The position numbers and the translations under genes were made by a program. DNA of 64,000 nt from assembly GCA_964497535.1 (NCBI GenBank), contig CAZCCG010000002.1, positions 234,972 to 298,971 of the forward strand, given 5' to 3'. Positions within the stretch are counted from its first letter, which is position 1, and each line of letters starts with the position of its first letter. Under the pieces are notes generated by a model. It had not been told where the DNA came from. It saw only the letters and a list, made by a program, of their open reading frames with translations, and made no database searches. The DNA is from an uncultured Gammaproteobacteria bacterium. Lineage in GTDB: Bacteria; Patescibacteriota; Microgenomatia; Levybacterales; UBA12049. Shown in pieces: positions 1 to 10,099 of the stretch.

Positions 1-1327
1 GACCCTCATCGATCGTTGTCCTCCCATATAATCAAAAAATTTACCTGAGAAAAACGGAAAACTATAACAAATAATTGCGATACAAATTAATCCGTATAAA
101 AAATATACCTTATAGATATCTTTTATTTTCAATCGCTGTAGAACATAATCAATCATAATCCCTATGAGTACTGCATATGAAAACCATAGTGCCGGAGCAA
201 ATTTATAAAAAGGTGTACGAAATGCCAAAAACCCTGGAATAAAATTAACCATAAGAATATAAAAGATCCCAAAGGGAGGATGCGAACCTCCAATAAAAAT
301 CATTGAAAAAAGTGCGAGAAACGCAAAAAACAATATAAGAGTCCGTTTTTGTTTATCTTTTATAAGATACAACGGTAGAAATGCTACTACCGGCAGCATA
401 TAGCTGACAAAAATCAAAAAGGGATTTTGAAGATAACTATTTGAATATGGATGACCCGGGTTGTTATACCATTCAGGAATACCTTGTAACCGGAATAGAT
501 TAATTAAAGAACTGTCTTGACTGATATAACTTAACCAACCCAGTACTCCTCCAATTCCTCCTGCTTGAGTTACTGCTTTTGCAAAGGAGGTTTTTACGAA
601 ATAAATCATGGGAATAATCCAGTATGAATTCAAAACCAGACTTAATATCCCAACAGTAATTCCCAGTTGAATGAGGCGTACTATTCTTTTGAAAGAGAAT
701 TCTTTTATGAGATAAAAGATTGCAAAACAAAAGAGAGAAACCAGAAGCCCTCCATAGAGAGGTAAACTTCCTCCGCCATTGAGCAAGAATATGGTTAGGG
801 AAATAAGAATCCCTGTCAATAACGTATTTTTTTTACTATCTTCCCAATCCATTAAAAATGCGAAGATAAGCGGTACGGCTGCATAGAGAGAAAATTTGGT
901 GCGTTCAGCAATAAACCATCCCTGGAGAAGAAAATGATTAAACATAAAAAGGATTGACGCAGGCAAAGCAAAGTATTTTAACTCGAATCTTTTCTCCAAT
1001 TTGGAAGCAAAATAATACATGGCAAGCCCCGGCAAGAGGAACCAGAAAACGAATGTGATTTTTTGCTCGAGCTGAAGCGAAGCTCCAAAAGATGATACAA
1101 GAGCTTCAAGACCATGAATGGGAACTACCGGAAGAAAGATTGATTGATCTGTACCAAATCCCAGGCGGTCTGTCCAGGCAAGAATCCTGTCTTGAAAATG
1201 GGTGATTGGATCAAGTGGTAAACCAGTATCATGCCCTTGGATTACATAATTACCGTTAAACCACAACAGTGGAGTCAAGCCGATCAAGCAAATAATAATA
1301 AGTTCCACTACTTTACGCTTGTTCATA
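1..1327 (-). CDS. Polytopic membrane protein, partial (N-terminal 442 aa; C-terminus lies beyond window start). Not in the supplied ORF track, presumably because no stop codon falls inside the window. Possible GT-C-like/DUF3367-like transferase, family uncertain.
   Basis: Manual translation of the minus strand from ATG at 1325-1327 gives MNKRKVVELIIICLIGLTPLLWFNGNYVIQGHDTGLPLDPITHFQDRILAWTDRLGFGTDQS..., continuous to position 1 with no stop. Multiple hydrophobic segments. TATAAT-like box about 20 nt upstream. Confidence 0.6.
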
Positions 1328-1383
1328 TTCCTATAGTACTCATGCAATTATAGCAGGTTCTTTTTTCATAATATATTATTGTT

Positions 1384-3600
1384 TTAAAGGTAAGCCATTG
1401 TTTGAATAACCTTTTCAATCACCGAATTGTAATCTTCCGTACCATCCTCATTCATTTTTCGCTCAAAACCAGGCCCGGTGGCATAGATCTCAAGCGTTTT
1501 GTCATTTGTCTTATATCCTAAAAAATACATAGGATATTTACTGTTAGTTACATATACGGCGGTTTGGACATCGCTGTTGAACTGGGTAACAATACGAAAT
1601 GTAAAATGTTCCTCAATTGGGATATCTTCTGTATTGGATAACCCCGATGCAAATGTTGATACACCCATATTGTCAATCTTTTTATACAAAATTACATGTA
1701 TTTGGGTATCGTTATCGGGATCTGCTATGGTAACAGTTCGAATAACGGGACTATCTGGCCCTTGATCCAGATCCTGTTTTATCACCATATCAGGCGGGAA
1801 ACGGAAAGAAAAACCATATTTAGCATCTTTATAACTCTTCCATTTATTCATTTCTTGTAAAGTACCTAACCGGTCATATGCTTTTTTCCTGATCAGGTCT
1901 GTTACTTCGGTAATTTGATTCTTATTTCCATCCCAGGCAAATGCATAGACATCTGATGGATCTATTTTATGAGCCAAAATTTGATCCATCAGATGCCGCT
2001 CATCCAGATAATATCCAAATCCTTTCATACCGATTTGCTTATATCCTTCACCGGCAATCCCGCCTTTTGTTAAGTAGTTACTTGTAATGAATGCTAAAGA
2101 AAGCTGTTTTTTTTGATAATAAATAATAGTTAATATCTGCCCTAAATTTGTTTGGAATGGCGGAATAGGAGGAAAACCGTAGTAACCGAAGTTACTATTT
2201 ATATAAACGATTTTTTTATTTTGAGTCAAAGGCACCGTTTGTGTAATTTTATCAATAACAGTCCTGCGTTGATATCCTGTTATTGCTTCCGCAGTAAGCT
2301 CTTTTTGCAGGGTTATATAATTCAAAATAATCCAACTGACCACAAACAATATCAAGATAGCTTTCTCAGAAATCGGAATCAATCGGGATACCTTCTTTGA
2401 TGCCCACTGGCTGAAAGTAATACTTGCTAACGCCAGAAGAAGAACTCCCCCTACTGAGGCTTGATGAATATGACGTGAATCTATATAGGTAACATACCCC
2501 CATGAAGGTATAACAAATGCAATGGGGATTAATACTAAGGATGAAAGAATAATGATAAGAAATGAGAATAAGATTGTGATTCTTGTTTCTCTTCTTGAAT
2601 GAATATAAGCAACGATTGATACAACAATTATTATCGCTGCTAAGGAATAAATTATAGTATCGCTCCCTGCAGTTTGAGTAAATGTCAAATAATTAATACC
2701 TCCGATAGCTTTTTCTGCAGTATATTGTGGATATGCAAGGGTAGTAATGCTTTCCACAAAACCCAGTATCCAAGGGCCGGGAATAAAAACTTCAGTTACC
2801 ATTTTCAACGGATATGTAACTGCTCGAAATAGCAAAATATCCCAAGATAAAAGATGAAATGAAGCTGAATTATTTGTAGTTCCACTTACTAACAGGAATA
2901 TCTTTGGTAATAAAAAACGATAGGGAAGATATATGATAACGACCGGTAGATAATATTTGATGATTGAGATAAATTTTGTTTTTTTTATCTTAAGTATTGT
3001 AAGTATAGGAATAATAACAAACAAAATTGCTGTTGATTCTTTTGTTAAAAGTCCACAGAACATAAAGATTGCCGAATAAATCAGATTTCTTTTTTGTATC
3101 TCCTTTTCTTCAAATGCTTTGAAAAAATGTATAAGACAGAGAAGCAGGAATGCAAGAGATAACCCATTATATATATATGTCATTGCCCAGGTAATTGCTT
3201 GCTGGTGGACAAATGAACAGGCAAAAAAGATAGCGGATATAACTGCAACCTTCTCATTATTTCGGACTATTTTTTTAGCAAAAACGTATACGAGAATTGT
3301 ATCCAACATGTGAAGAATTAATCCACTAAGCGCATACAGCCAATAGGTAAAAGAGAAAGATTGAACGCTGAGAAAAAATAAGAGATTCGTTATGGGGGTA
3401 AGATGAGCACCTGCAGATATTGTATATGAATCTGCAACACTTTTGTACAAAATGATTAAGGGACCAAACCATGTATTAGTATAAGGTAAGGTTTGAATAA
3501 AGTAGTACCATTCATCTCCTTGGAAGTAGAGAACAAAGCTTCTCCAATAAAAAATAAGAATAAGAACTAGTAAGGCCAAAAAAAAATGAGGCTTTTTCAT
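1384..3600 (-). CDS. Large membrane protein (738 aa): N-terminal polytopic domain (about 12 TM) plus C-terminal soluble domain of about 330 aa. Putative GT-C-type glycosyltransferase, family unassigned.
   Basis: Long ORF. Hydrophobic N-terminal two-thirds, hydrophilic C-terminal third. 4-nt overlap with the upstream GT2 gene (3597-3600). Confidence 0.6.
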   Translation of the reverse strand: MKKPHFFLALLVLILIFYWRSFVLYFQGDEWYYFIQTLPYTNTWFGPLIILYKSVADSYTISAGAHLTPITNLLFFLSVQSFSFTYWLYALSGLILHMLDTILVYVFAKKIVRNNEKVAVISAIFFACSFVHQQAITWAMTYIYNGLSLAFLLLCLIHFFKAFEEKEIQKRNLIYSAIFMFCGLLTKESTAILFVIIPILTILKIKKTKFISIIKYYLPVVIIYLPYRFLLPKIFLLVSGTTNNSASFHLLSWDILLFRAVTYPLKMVTEVFIPGPWILGFVESITTLAYPQYTAEKAIGGINYLTFTQTAGSDTIIYSLAAIIIVVSIVAYIHSRRETRITILFSFLIIILSSLVLIPIAFVIPSWGYVTYIDSRHIHQASVGGVLLLALASITFSQWASKKVSRLIPISEKAILILFVVSWIILNYITLQKELTAEAITGYQRRTVIDKITQTVPLTQNKKIVYINSNFGYYGFPPIPPFQTNLGQILTIIYYQKKQLSLAFITSNYLTKGGIAGEGYKQIGMKGFGYYLDERHLMDQILAHKIDPSDVYAFAWDGNKNQITEVTDLIRKKAYDRLGTLQEMNKWKSYKDAKYGFSFRFPPDMVIKQDLDQGPDSPVIRTVTIADPDNDTQIHVILYKKIDNMGVSTFASGLSNTEDIPIEEHFTFRIVTQFNSDVQTAVYVTNSKYPMYFLGYKTNDKTLEIYATGPGFERKMNEDGTEDYNSVIEKVIQTMAYL

Positions 3601-4646
3601 TCTTTGTATCTATCTAAATGTCCCGTAAATAGATAATAGTAGTAGGAAAGTCGAACATGCCATGTAAGCTTGGGTAAAAATTCAGAATCAGGAATTTTTC
3701 TCATCGTAGTTTGTATTACTTTTCTTTTTGCCAGTGTTTCATTCAAGTGGATAATATTCCAGAATATTGCTTTTTGGATCCCCCATGACTCATTAAATTT
3801 AAACTTCGCCAAATATCCGAAGCTCGTAACTTCACAAAATATGAGATGTAGAGGTAAAACTGTCAAAATATTTTGTACTTCAAAGTTTTTTATATACGTA
3901 GCTATTCTATTTTTGAATGAGTTATATTGAATCCAGGCATAATTGATTCTTTTGGAAGTCCTTCCTCCTTTATGATAAATAGCTGTAGATGGCTCACACA
4001 ATACTTTATATCCACTCAGCCATACTCTATGACAAAGATCAGTTTCTTCAAAATATGCGAAATAATCTTTGTCAAAAATTCCAAGTTTTCCCACTTTTTT
4101 AATAACTTCCTTTTTGAAAAGCATACATGCCCCTTTCATAGAAAAAATTTCCTGTTTTTTGTTGAATTGTTTTTGATCTTTCTGATCATGACCATAATGA
4201 TAGAGAAATCCGCTGTTAAGGAAAAAAGATCCTACTGAATCAATTTTTTCTTTTTGAGGATATTGCAATATTTTCGGCATAACTGCACCTATAGTTGAAG
4301 AACTATAAAGTGTTTTTATAAGAATATCTATTACGTTTTTTTCGACTAATGTATCGTTACTGAGGAATAATATAGCATCACCTTTTGCTTGTAAAAACCC
4401 AACATCATTTCCTTCAGCAAATCCTAAATTCTCTTTATTTATAACAATTCTTGCAGAAGGATAATTTTTCTTAACGTATTCTACTGAATCATCTTTCGAT
4501 GCATTATCTACTACAATTACTTCTTTATTCTTGTAGGTAGTTTTATATACGGATTTCAAGCAATCTTCCAGGAGTTCTTTTCCGTTCCAGTTAACAATAA
4601 TAACGGATACAAGAGGATTAACCATGTTTTTGGATATATTTGTCAA
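3597..4646 (-). CDS. Glycosyltransferase family 2 (GT-A fold).
   Basis: N-terminal motif VSVIIVNWNGKELLEDCL...VIVVDNASKDDS...NLGFAEGNDVG, typical of the GT2 nucleotide-sugar binding domain. Confidence 0.85.
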   Translation of the reverse strand: MTNISKNMVNPLVSVIIVNWNGKELLEDCLKSVYKTTYKNKEVIVVDNASKDDSVEYVKKNYPSARIVINKENLGFAEGNDVGFLQAKGDAILFLSNDTLVEKNVIDILIKTLYSSSTIGAVMPKILQYPQKEKIDSVGSFFLNSGFLYHYGHDQKDQKQFNKKQEIFSMKGACMLFKKEVIKKVGKLGIFDKDYFAYFEETDLCHRVWLSGYKVLCEPSTAIYHKGGRTSKRINYAWIQYNSFKNRIATYIKNFEVQNILTVLPLHLIFCEVTSFGYLAKFKFNESWGIQKAIFWNIIHLNETLAKRKVIQTTMRKIPDSEFLPKLTWHVRLSYYYYLFTGHLDRYKE

Positions 4647-5949
4647 AAATTGAGGTTACATATTCAATATGTTTGTCTGTTAATCCTGGATATACTCCAA
4701 TAAAAAATGTGTTGGTAAAGGATAAATTTGAATTTGCCAGATCACCAATTTGTCTATGAGCTATATTTTTATATCCGGGTTGTCGCAAAATATTCCCTGC
4801 AAATATTGGTCTTGTTTGTATCATATGCTCTTCTAAAAATTGTGTTATTGCAAATCTATCAAAAGGGGCATCTGGACGAATCGTCATAGGGAAAGCAAAC
4901 CAACTGGGATCTGATTTTGGCATAGCCTCGGGTAAAATAAAATATTTTTCATACTTTTTGAAGAATTTCTTATAATGAGCAAAATTTTTCTTTCTTGCTA
5001 TAACAAACTCCGGAAGTCTTTTGATTTGGACCAAACCCATTGCTGCCTGTATTTCAACCGGTTTTATATTATAGCCAATATGTGAAAATATATATTTATG
5101 GTCATAGGGAATCCCATCGATATTATAGTTAAATCGGACACCGCAAACTCCATTTGTCCCTCCTCCTGAAGCTCCACACCAACAGGATCTTCCCCATTCC
5201 CTAATTGATTGGACAATTCTTTTCAGCCTTAAATTGTTGATAAAAACTGCTCCCCCTTCTCCAGCTGTAGTCATATGATGAGCGGGATAAAATGACTCTG
5301 CTGATAAAATTCCGAAAGATCCTGTCTTTTTCCCATTGTAGGTTGATCCTAATGCGTCACAGTTATCTTCCAAAACCAAAAGATTATTCCTATTTGCGAT
5401 TTCCATTATCGGATCCATGTCATTGGGATTACCCAACGTATGAACCAAAAAAATCATTTTTGTTTTTTTACCAATTGCTTTTTCTATATCTTCAGCTTTA
5501 GGATTCAAGGTATGCAGGTCTACATCTACAAAAACAGGCTTTAGTCCATTATGGACTAAGGCTGCAACAACGGCCGGAAACGTACAAGCTGGGGTTATTA
5601 CTTCGTCTCCTGGATTCAAATGCTCGGTAAACTGATACGACATTAAAGAAGCAACAGCTAATAAATCTGCAGAAGATCCAGAGTTGGTCAGATAAGCATG
5701 TTTTGCCCCCATATACTCGGCAAGTTCTTTTTCTAACTGTTCTCCCGCTTCACCCAAACCAAACCACCCCTTCAACATTACATCAACCATTGAGTTAAGT
5801 TCTTCACTTCCATAAACTGCTCCAGCATATCGTACCAAGCTTTTTCCGGGAATAAATTCTGGTTGGTCGATAGCCATATATTGCGAAATGGCTTTGTGGA
5901 TGGATTTAACCAGCGTATCTTTCTTTAAAGAAGAGTTCATAATAAACAT
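4618..5949 (-). CDS. rfbH: PMP-dependent 3-dehydrase of the DegT/RfbH family. Resembles CDP-6-deoxy-D-xylo-4-hexulose-3-dehydrase (E1/RfbH/DdhC). True start probably the internal Met at about 5940.
   Basis: 443 aa, longer than ordinary DegT aminotransferases. Active-site region SFYPAHHMTTAGEGG has His where transaminases have the PLP-binding Lys, as in E1/ColD. Cysteines C197, C256, C258, C269 form C-X58-C-X1-C-X10-C, close to the E1 [2Fe-2S] motif C-X57-C-X1-C-X7-C. LVHTLGNP motif also present. Confidence 0.6.
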   Translation of the reverse strand: MFIMNSSLKKDTLVKSIHKAISQYMAIDQPEFIPGKSLVRYAGAVYGSEELNSMVDVMLKGWFGLGEAGEQLEKELAEYMGAKHAYLTNSGSSADLLAVASLMSYQFTEHLNPGDEVITPACTFPAVVAALVHNGLKPVFVDVDLHTLNPKAEDIEKAIGKKTKMIFLVHTLGNPNDMDPIMEIANRNNLLVLEDNCDALGSTYNGKKTGSFGILSAESFYPAHHMTTAGEGGAVFINNLRLKRIVQSIREWGRSCWCGASGGGTNGVCGVRFNYNIDGIPYDHKYIFSHIGYNIKPVEIQAAMGLVQIKRLPEFVIARKKNFAHYKKFFKKYEKYFILPEAMPKSDPSWFAFPMTIRPDAPFDRFAITQFLEEHMIQTRPIFAGNILRQPGYKNIAHRQIGDLANSNLSFTNTFFIGVYPGLTDKHIEYVTSIFDKYIQKHG

Positions 5950-6033
5950 TTGTTATTGTACACCATTCCCTATATGTTGTAAATAATATGTTGAGGTTGT
6001 TGTTTGCGGTAGCTGAATTCTTGAGTTATAATA

Positions 6034-6993
6034 ATGTTAGATATGGCAAAGAAAAACTACATGGTGACTGGTGGACTTGGTCTTATTGGCTCAGCAATTG
6101 TTAATTCACTAACCGATCCAACCACTATCGTAACACGTTCAACCCGCAGAATGGACCGGTTAAAAAGAAAAGATGTAAAAATTATTGTAAAAAATATTAA
6201 TGATCTGACTCTTGAAGATCTAAAAGGTATTGATATTATTTACCACTGTGCAAGTAAACCCACAAATTATAATGTTCTTTCAGATCCATATATAGATATA
6301 CAAACAGATTTGGTTGGTACTGTACATATTTTAGAATTATGCAAGAACCTGAAAAAAAAACCACTTTTCATTTATTTTTCGACCTTCTTCGTATATGGAC
6401 ATACCTATGATAATACAAAAACTCCTATTAATGAGGAAAGTAAGACTGACCCACTTGCAATTTATCCTGCAACCAAACTCTGTGCGGAAAGCATCGTAAG
6501 ACTCTATGGAAAACTTCATCAAATGCCATATCTTATTTGTCGATTAACCAATGTATATGGAGAGCTTGAAGATTACAATAATAGTCAAAAAGGCGCATTA
6601 AACCTTCTGATTATGAAAGCAATCAAAGGTGAAGAATTAAAGATATATAATAATGGCAATTTCTATAGAGATTATATTCACGTTGATGATGTTGTCTCAG
6701 CCGTACGTTTTCTTGAAGAAAAACAACAATATGATACTCTCTATTTAATTGGGTATGGAAAACCGATCTTATTTAGTGAACTTATTCATACCATTAAAGA
6801 GCTAACTCATACTACTTCCGAAATCCATGCTGTAGAACCTCCTCCTTTTCATAAAGTTGTTGGTATGAACAATTTTGTCGCAGATACATCGAAGATTAAT
6901 AGATTGGGTTGGAAACCTAAGGTTACTCCAAAGGAAGGGATAGAAAAAATAGTAAAACAATATAAAGATCTTCTTACAAAAGATGTTGAATAA
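6034..6993 (+). CDS. NAD(P)-dependent epimerase/dehydratase (extended SDR). Possibly a nucleotide-sugar 4-reductase/epimerase partnering the RfbH-like enzyme.
   Basis: N-terminal Rossmann motif VTGGLGLIGSAIV. Catalytic YPATK (YxxxK). Divergently transcribed from the RfbH-like gene. Confidence 0.75.
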   Translation: MLDMAKKNYMVTGGLGLIGSAIVNSLTDPTTIVTRSTRRMDRLKRKDVKIIVKNINDLTLEDLKGIDIIYHCASKPTNYNVLSDPYIDIQTDLVGTVHILELCKNLKKKPLFIYFSTFFVYGHTYDNTKTPINEESKTDPLAIYPATKLCAESIVRLYGKLHQMPYLICRLTNVYGELEDYNNSQKGALNLLIMKAIKGEELKIYNNGNFYRDYIHVDDVVSAVRFLEEKQQYDTLYLIGYGKPILFSELIHTIKELTHTTSEIHAVEPPPFHKVVGMNNFVADTSKINRLGWKPKVTPKEGIEKIVKQYKDLLTKDVE

Positions 6994-8011
6994 GCCGATG
7001 ATAGGTATCCGGTTTTAAATAGGACTTAGCCTGATTAGCCGACCTTTCCAGCACTACTTTTCTGATTTCTTTTATAATAGGCCTGGGTAAAATTACTAAG
7101 CCAGTATATACGTAAAACATTGGATTGAATAACAACCTCTTATCGAGTGACACCATGCTCCATGCAACATGATAAGCATTTTCTATCGAAGTGAAATAAC
7201 GGATGTTGGTAATAAAAAACAAATTAGTAGTCAGATACTTTAATCTGAACTCTTCAAATGATGTTTTGTTTCTTATTTCTTTGTACGCTAACTCAATGAA
7301 ATCCCTCATGAAAAAACTCCCGTGTTTTTTGATATCAAAGTAAACAGGAAGCATTTCGAAACTCAGCCTTGCGATAATATATAAATCCGGGATATAGACG
7401 CACCCTTTTTTCTGGATGACATCAAAAAGTACAGGAAAATAAACAAACCCCATATGGTTTATCAGTTTTTTCGTATCTACAAATTCTTTTCTGAAAGTTA
7501 TTCCGGAAAAAAACCCAAAGTTAAAATCAAGCATGTCTAACAACACATTATGAGAAGCGCTGGGTTTGCGGGTTGTAACTTTTGTGAAATGTATAAATGA
7601 TTTCACTAGTGTATGTATATCGGTATCATAAGAGAATCCGCCAATTTTTCCTATTCCTACTCTTGTCTCATCCATAATTGTTTTAATTTTCTCAAATGTA
7701 TCGTCATATAAGATAAAATCATCATCTCCCAACGTGAAAACATAGGTTCCTTTCGCCACTTCAAATCCTTTAATTACTTTCAATGGATACCCCAAGTTTT
7801 TCTCGCTTTTATAATAACGAATATTTTTATTTTTGAATTTTTTTGTCAGGATTTCTATTGCATCAGTCTTTGTGTCATCCACAATGATAATTTCATAGGA
7901 TACGTTCTTCTGCGCGAGTACTGATTTTATTGCAATTCCTAAGTATTCCGGACGATAAGCAGGTATTATAACGCTAAAATCGACTCTTGAATCTCTTTCT
8001 TGTTTATTCAT
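6974..8011 (-). CDS. Glycosyltransferase family 2 with C-terminal extension.
   Basis: FSVIIPAYRPEYLGIAIKSVLAQ...YEIIIVDD GT2 signature. 345 aa. Confidence 0.8.
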   Translation of the reverse strand: MNKQERDSRVDFSVIIPAYRPEYLGIAIKSVLAQKNVSYEIIIVDDTKTDAIEILTKKFKNKNIRYYKSEKNLGYPLKVIKGFEVAKGTYVFTLGDDDFILYDDTFEKIKTIMDETRVGIGKIGGFSYDTDIHTLVKSFIHFTKVTTRKPSASHNVLLDMLDFNFGFFSGITFRKEFVDTKKLINHMGFVYFPVLFDVIQKKGCVYIPDLYIIARLSFEMLPVYFDIKKHGSFFMRDFIELAYKEIRNKTSFEEFRLKYLTTNLFFITNIRYFTSIENAYHVAWSMVSLDKRLLFNPMFYVYTGLVILPRPIIKEIRKVVLERSANQAKSYLKPDTYHRLIQHLL

Positions 8012-9161
8012 ATACGTCTAACTGCTTTAGATAATTTGAAAGTAATTCAGACATGTTATATTCATTTGCAAGTGCTATAGCGTGTTCTCTCATTTTCTGA
8101 TATTTGCCAGGATTATCTAAAACCATTAATAATTTTTCATATATATCCTTTTCGCTTAGGTCAACCTTCACTCCTGCATTTTTTTTCTCAAGTTCGTCTC
8201 CGATTCCGCTATTGCCTGAAATAAAAGCTGGTAAACCGGAAGCTAAATAATCTCTAACTTTCATAGGATCACTGAAATATCGAAAATGGGTTTTATCGGA
8301 ATTCTCATAAAATGCTATACCGATTGCACAACGAGTTATTAATTTAAACATATCATTATGTGATAATACTCCAACAAATTGAATTGTATTCTCCAACTTT
8401 TTTTCTTTTACATATTCTTTGAGAGTTCCTTCCAAACTACCGGTTCCAATAAGAACTAATGTTACATCTGGCAGTTTTTGTTTTAATTTTGCAACAACAT
8501 CGAACAATAACTCGAAAGCTATTCCTTTTTCCAACGCAGACACCAAGACTAATGAATGCTTTTGTATTTTACCGTAGGGGAACCGTTTTACTTCGTCAAA
8601 AAATGGCGCATTAGGAAGCAGTAAATTTCTTCCATTGTCTAAACCATTTTCTTTTCTATATAATTGTATTCTCTTTGATACACTCCAGGTTTGGTTAGAA
8701 TCCAACATTGCTTTCTTATCCAACCATAAATAAAAATTATTTAACATACTATTGGGAAACCGCAGGAGAGCAAAATCAGCGCTAAAGTAAATAGTTTTTC
8801 CCACAATTCCTATAGTTTTCAAGACATTTCCAGCAAATTCATTTAATGGATCGACACCGATAAAAAGCTGACATCTTTTGGCTTTTGATACTACAATCCA
8901 ACTGGTAATAAGAAACTCGTAAAAATATTGTAGAAAGACTAACCCTGCAATATTTTTTATATTTTCTGTCTTTGTTTTCTTACCATTCTTATAATACTCG
9001 ACAACTGAAGGACCAGTTCCATACAAGTTATGTTTGATAAATATATGTGTTATTTTCTTTTTGTTGAGAAAGAGAGATACAGCGTGAGGAGGTCCATAAA
9101 TATCTTTCCCATGGAGAAAAACCGCATGTGTAACAATTACTATCATTAAATCTCCTTCCAT
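8004..9161 (-). CDS. GT-B fold glycosyltransferase (GT4-like). Probable real start at the internal Met at about 9146.
   Basis: Length and C-terminal region (DYLASGLPAFISGNSGIGDEL) resemble the nucleotide-sugar binding half of GT1/GT4 enzymes. Weaker than the other GT4 calls. Confidence 0.55.
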   Translation of the reverse strand: MEGDLMIVIVTHAVFLHGKDIYGPPHAVSLFLNKKKITHIFIKHNLYGTGPSVVEYYKNGKKTKTENIKNIAGLVFLQYFYEFLITSWIVVSKAKRCQLFIGVDPLNEFAGNVLKTIGIVGKTIYFSADFALLRFPNSMLNNFYLWLDKKAMLDSNQTWSVSKRIQLYRKENGLDNGRNLLLPNAPFFDEVKRFPYGKIQKHSLVLVSALEKGIAFELLFDVVAKLKQKLPDVTLVLIGTGSLEGTLKEYVKEKKLENTIQFVGVLSHNDMFKLITRCAIGIAFYENSDKTHFRYFSDPMKVRDYLASGLPAFISGNSGIGDELEKKNAGVKVDLSEKDIYEKLLMVLDNPGKYQKMREHAIALANEYNMSELLSNYLKQLDVYE

Positions 9162-10072
9162 GCCGTATCAGAAAGAGGATGCATTTTAAAATGAATAAGC
9201 CCCTTTTGTACTTCTAATGGAATAATCTTTAATACTTGTTCCATTTTTGTTGTTACAAAACACGTGTTTTTAGGACGGGGAACAAAATTTTTGAAAAAAT
9301 CCAAAGTAACAGGATATAACATAGTACTATCTAATCCGAAAATCTCAGCGATATGTTTTGAAAAATCATATCTACTCATACATTCTTTTCCCGCAATATT
9401 AAAAGTTTCATCAATTTTTTCAAGCTCTATTGCTTTCCAGATGCTTTGTGCTGCCGACTCAACAGATAAGAAATTATTATACATATCGGTAACCATATTC
9501 ACGGGTGTTTTATTTTTCCCCATTATTTCCAAAAGCCACGTAAGAGGATTTTGCCGCTCATTCGGATTATTCCACCCATACATGGTAATAAGTCGAATAA
9601 CAATGTATGAAATTCCTGCGGACTTTGTCATCTTCTCTCCCTCATATTTGGTATATCCATAATAGTCAATTGGTCTTGGCTCTGCTTGTTCATCATAGGG
9701 AGCGTGCTCTCCATCATATATGCCATTGGTGGTGATATAGACCAGAGAACTTCCATATTTTTTACAGGCTTCGATAATGTTTTTTGTTCCGGTAATATTT
9801 ACTGCCTGCGCTTCATCTTTGTGTTTGTCACAATAATCGGGAGTTGCAATTGCCGCAGTATGGATAACAATATGGGGCTTAAATTCCGCAATAGCTTTTT
9901 CAACCATTGACTGATTTGTTATATCTACATGAAAGTACCTACAATCAACGTTTGGAACCAAATTGTTCTTATTATAAGAGGCGGCAAGCGTCACTCCTTG
10001 TGGAGCACTTCGTAAAAGTGTACTTCCTAATAACCCTGTAGATCCTGTTATAAATACTTTCATTGCAGACAT
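9146..10072 (-). CDS. dTDP-4-dehydrorhamnose reductase-like (RmlD-type) SDR.
   Basis: N-terminal KVFITGSTGLLGSTL Rossmann. YGYTKYEGEK matches the RmlD YGxTKxxGE catalytic motif. 308 aa. Confidence 0.6.
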   Translation of the reverse strand: MSAMKVFITGSTGLLGSTLLRSAPQGVTLAASYNKNNLVPNVDCRYFHVDITNQSMVEKAIAEFKPHIVIHTAAIATPDYCDKHKDEAQAVNITGTKNIIEACKKYGSSLVYITTNGIYDGEHAPYDEQAEPRPIDYYGYTKYEGEKMTKSAGISYIVIRLITMYGWNNPNERQNPLTWLLEIMGKNKTPVNMVTDMYNNFLSVESAAQSIWKAIELEKIDETFNIAGKECMSRYDFSKHIAEIFGLDSTMLYPVTLDFFKNFVPRPKNTCFVTTKMEQVLKIIPLEVQKGLIHFKMHPLSDTAWKEI

Positions 10073-10099
10073 GCCTCTTATTGTAGCATATGGATTTTA

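Noticed and set aside
500-730. 76-aa ORF listed by the track on the minus strand
   Set aside because: It lies entirely inside the long, uninterrupted minus-strand membrane-protein ORF (1-1327) in another frame. That long ORF is absent from the track only because its stop lies outside the window.
3670-4238. Plus-strand ORFs 3670-3930 and 3927-4238 and the many other 60-130-aa ORFs antisense to large genes
   Set aside because: They are embedded antisense in well-supported GT or membrane-protein genes. AT-rich codon-complement artefacts, with no RBS.
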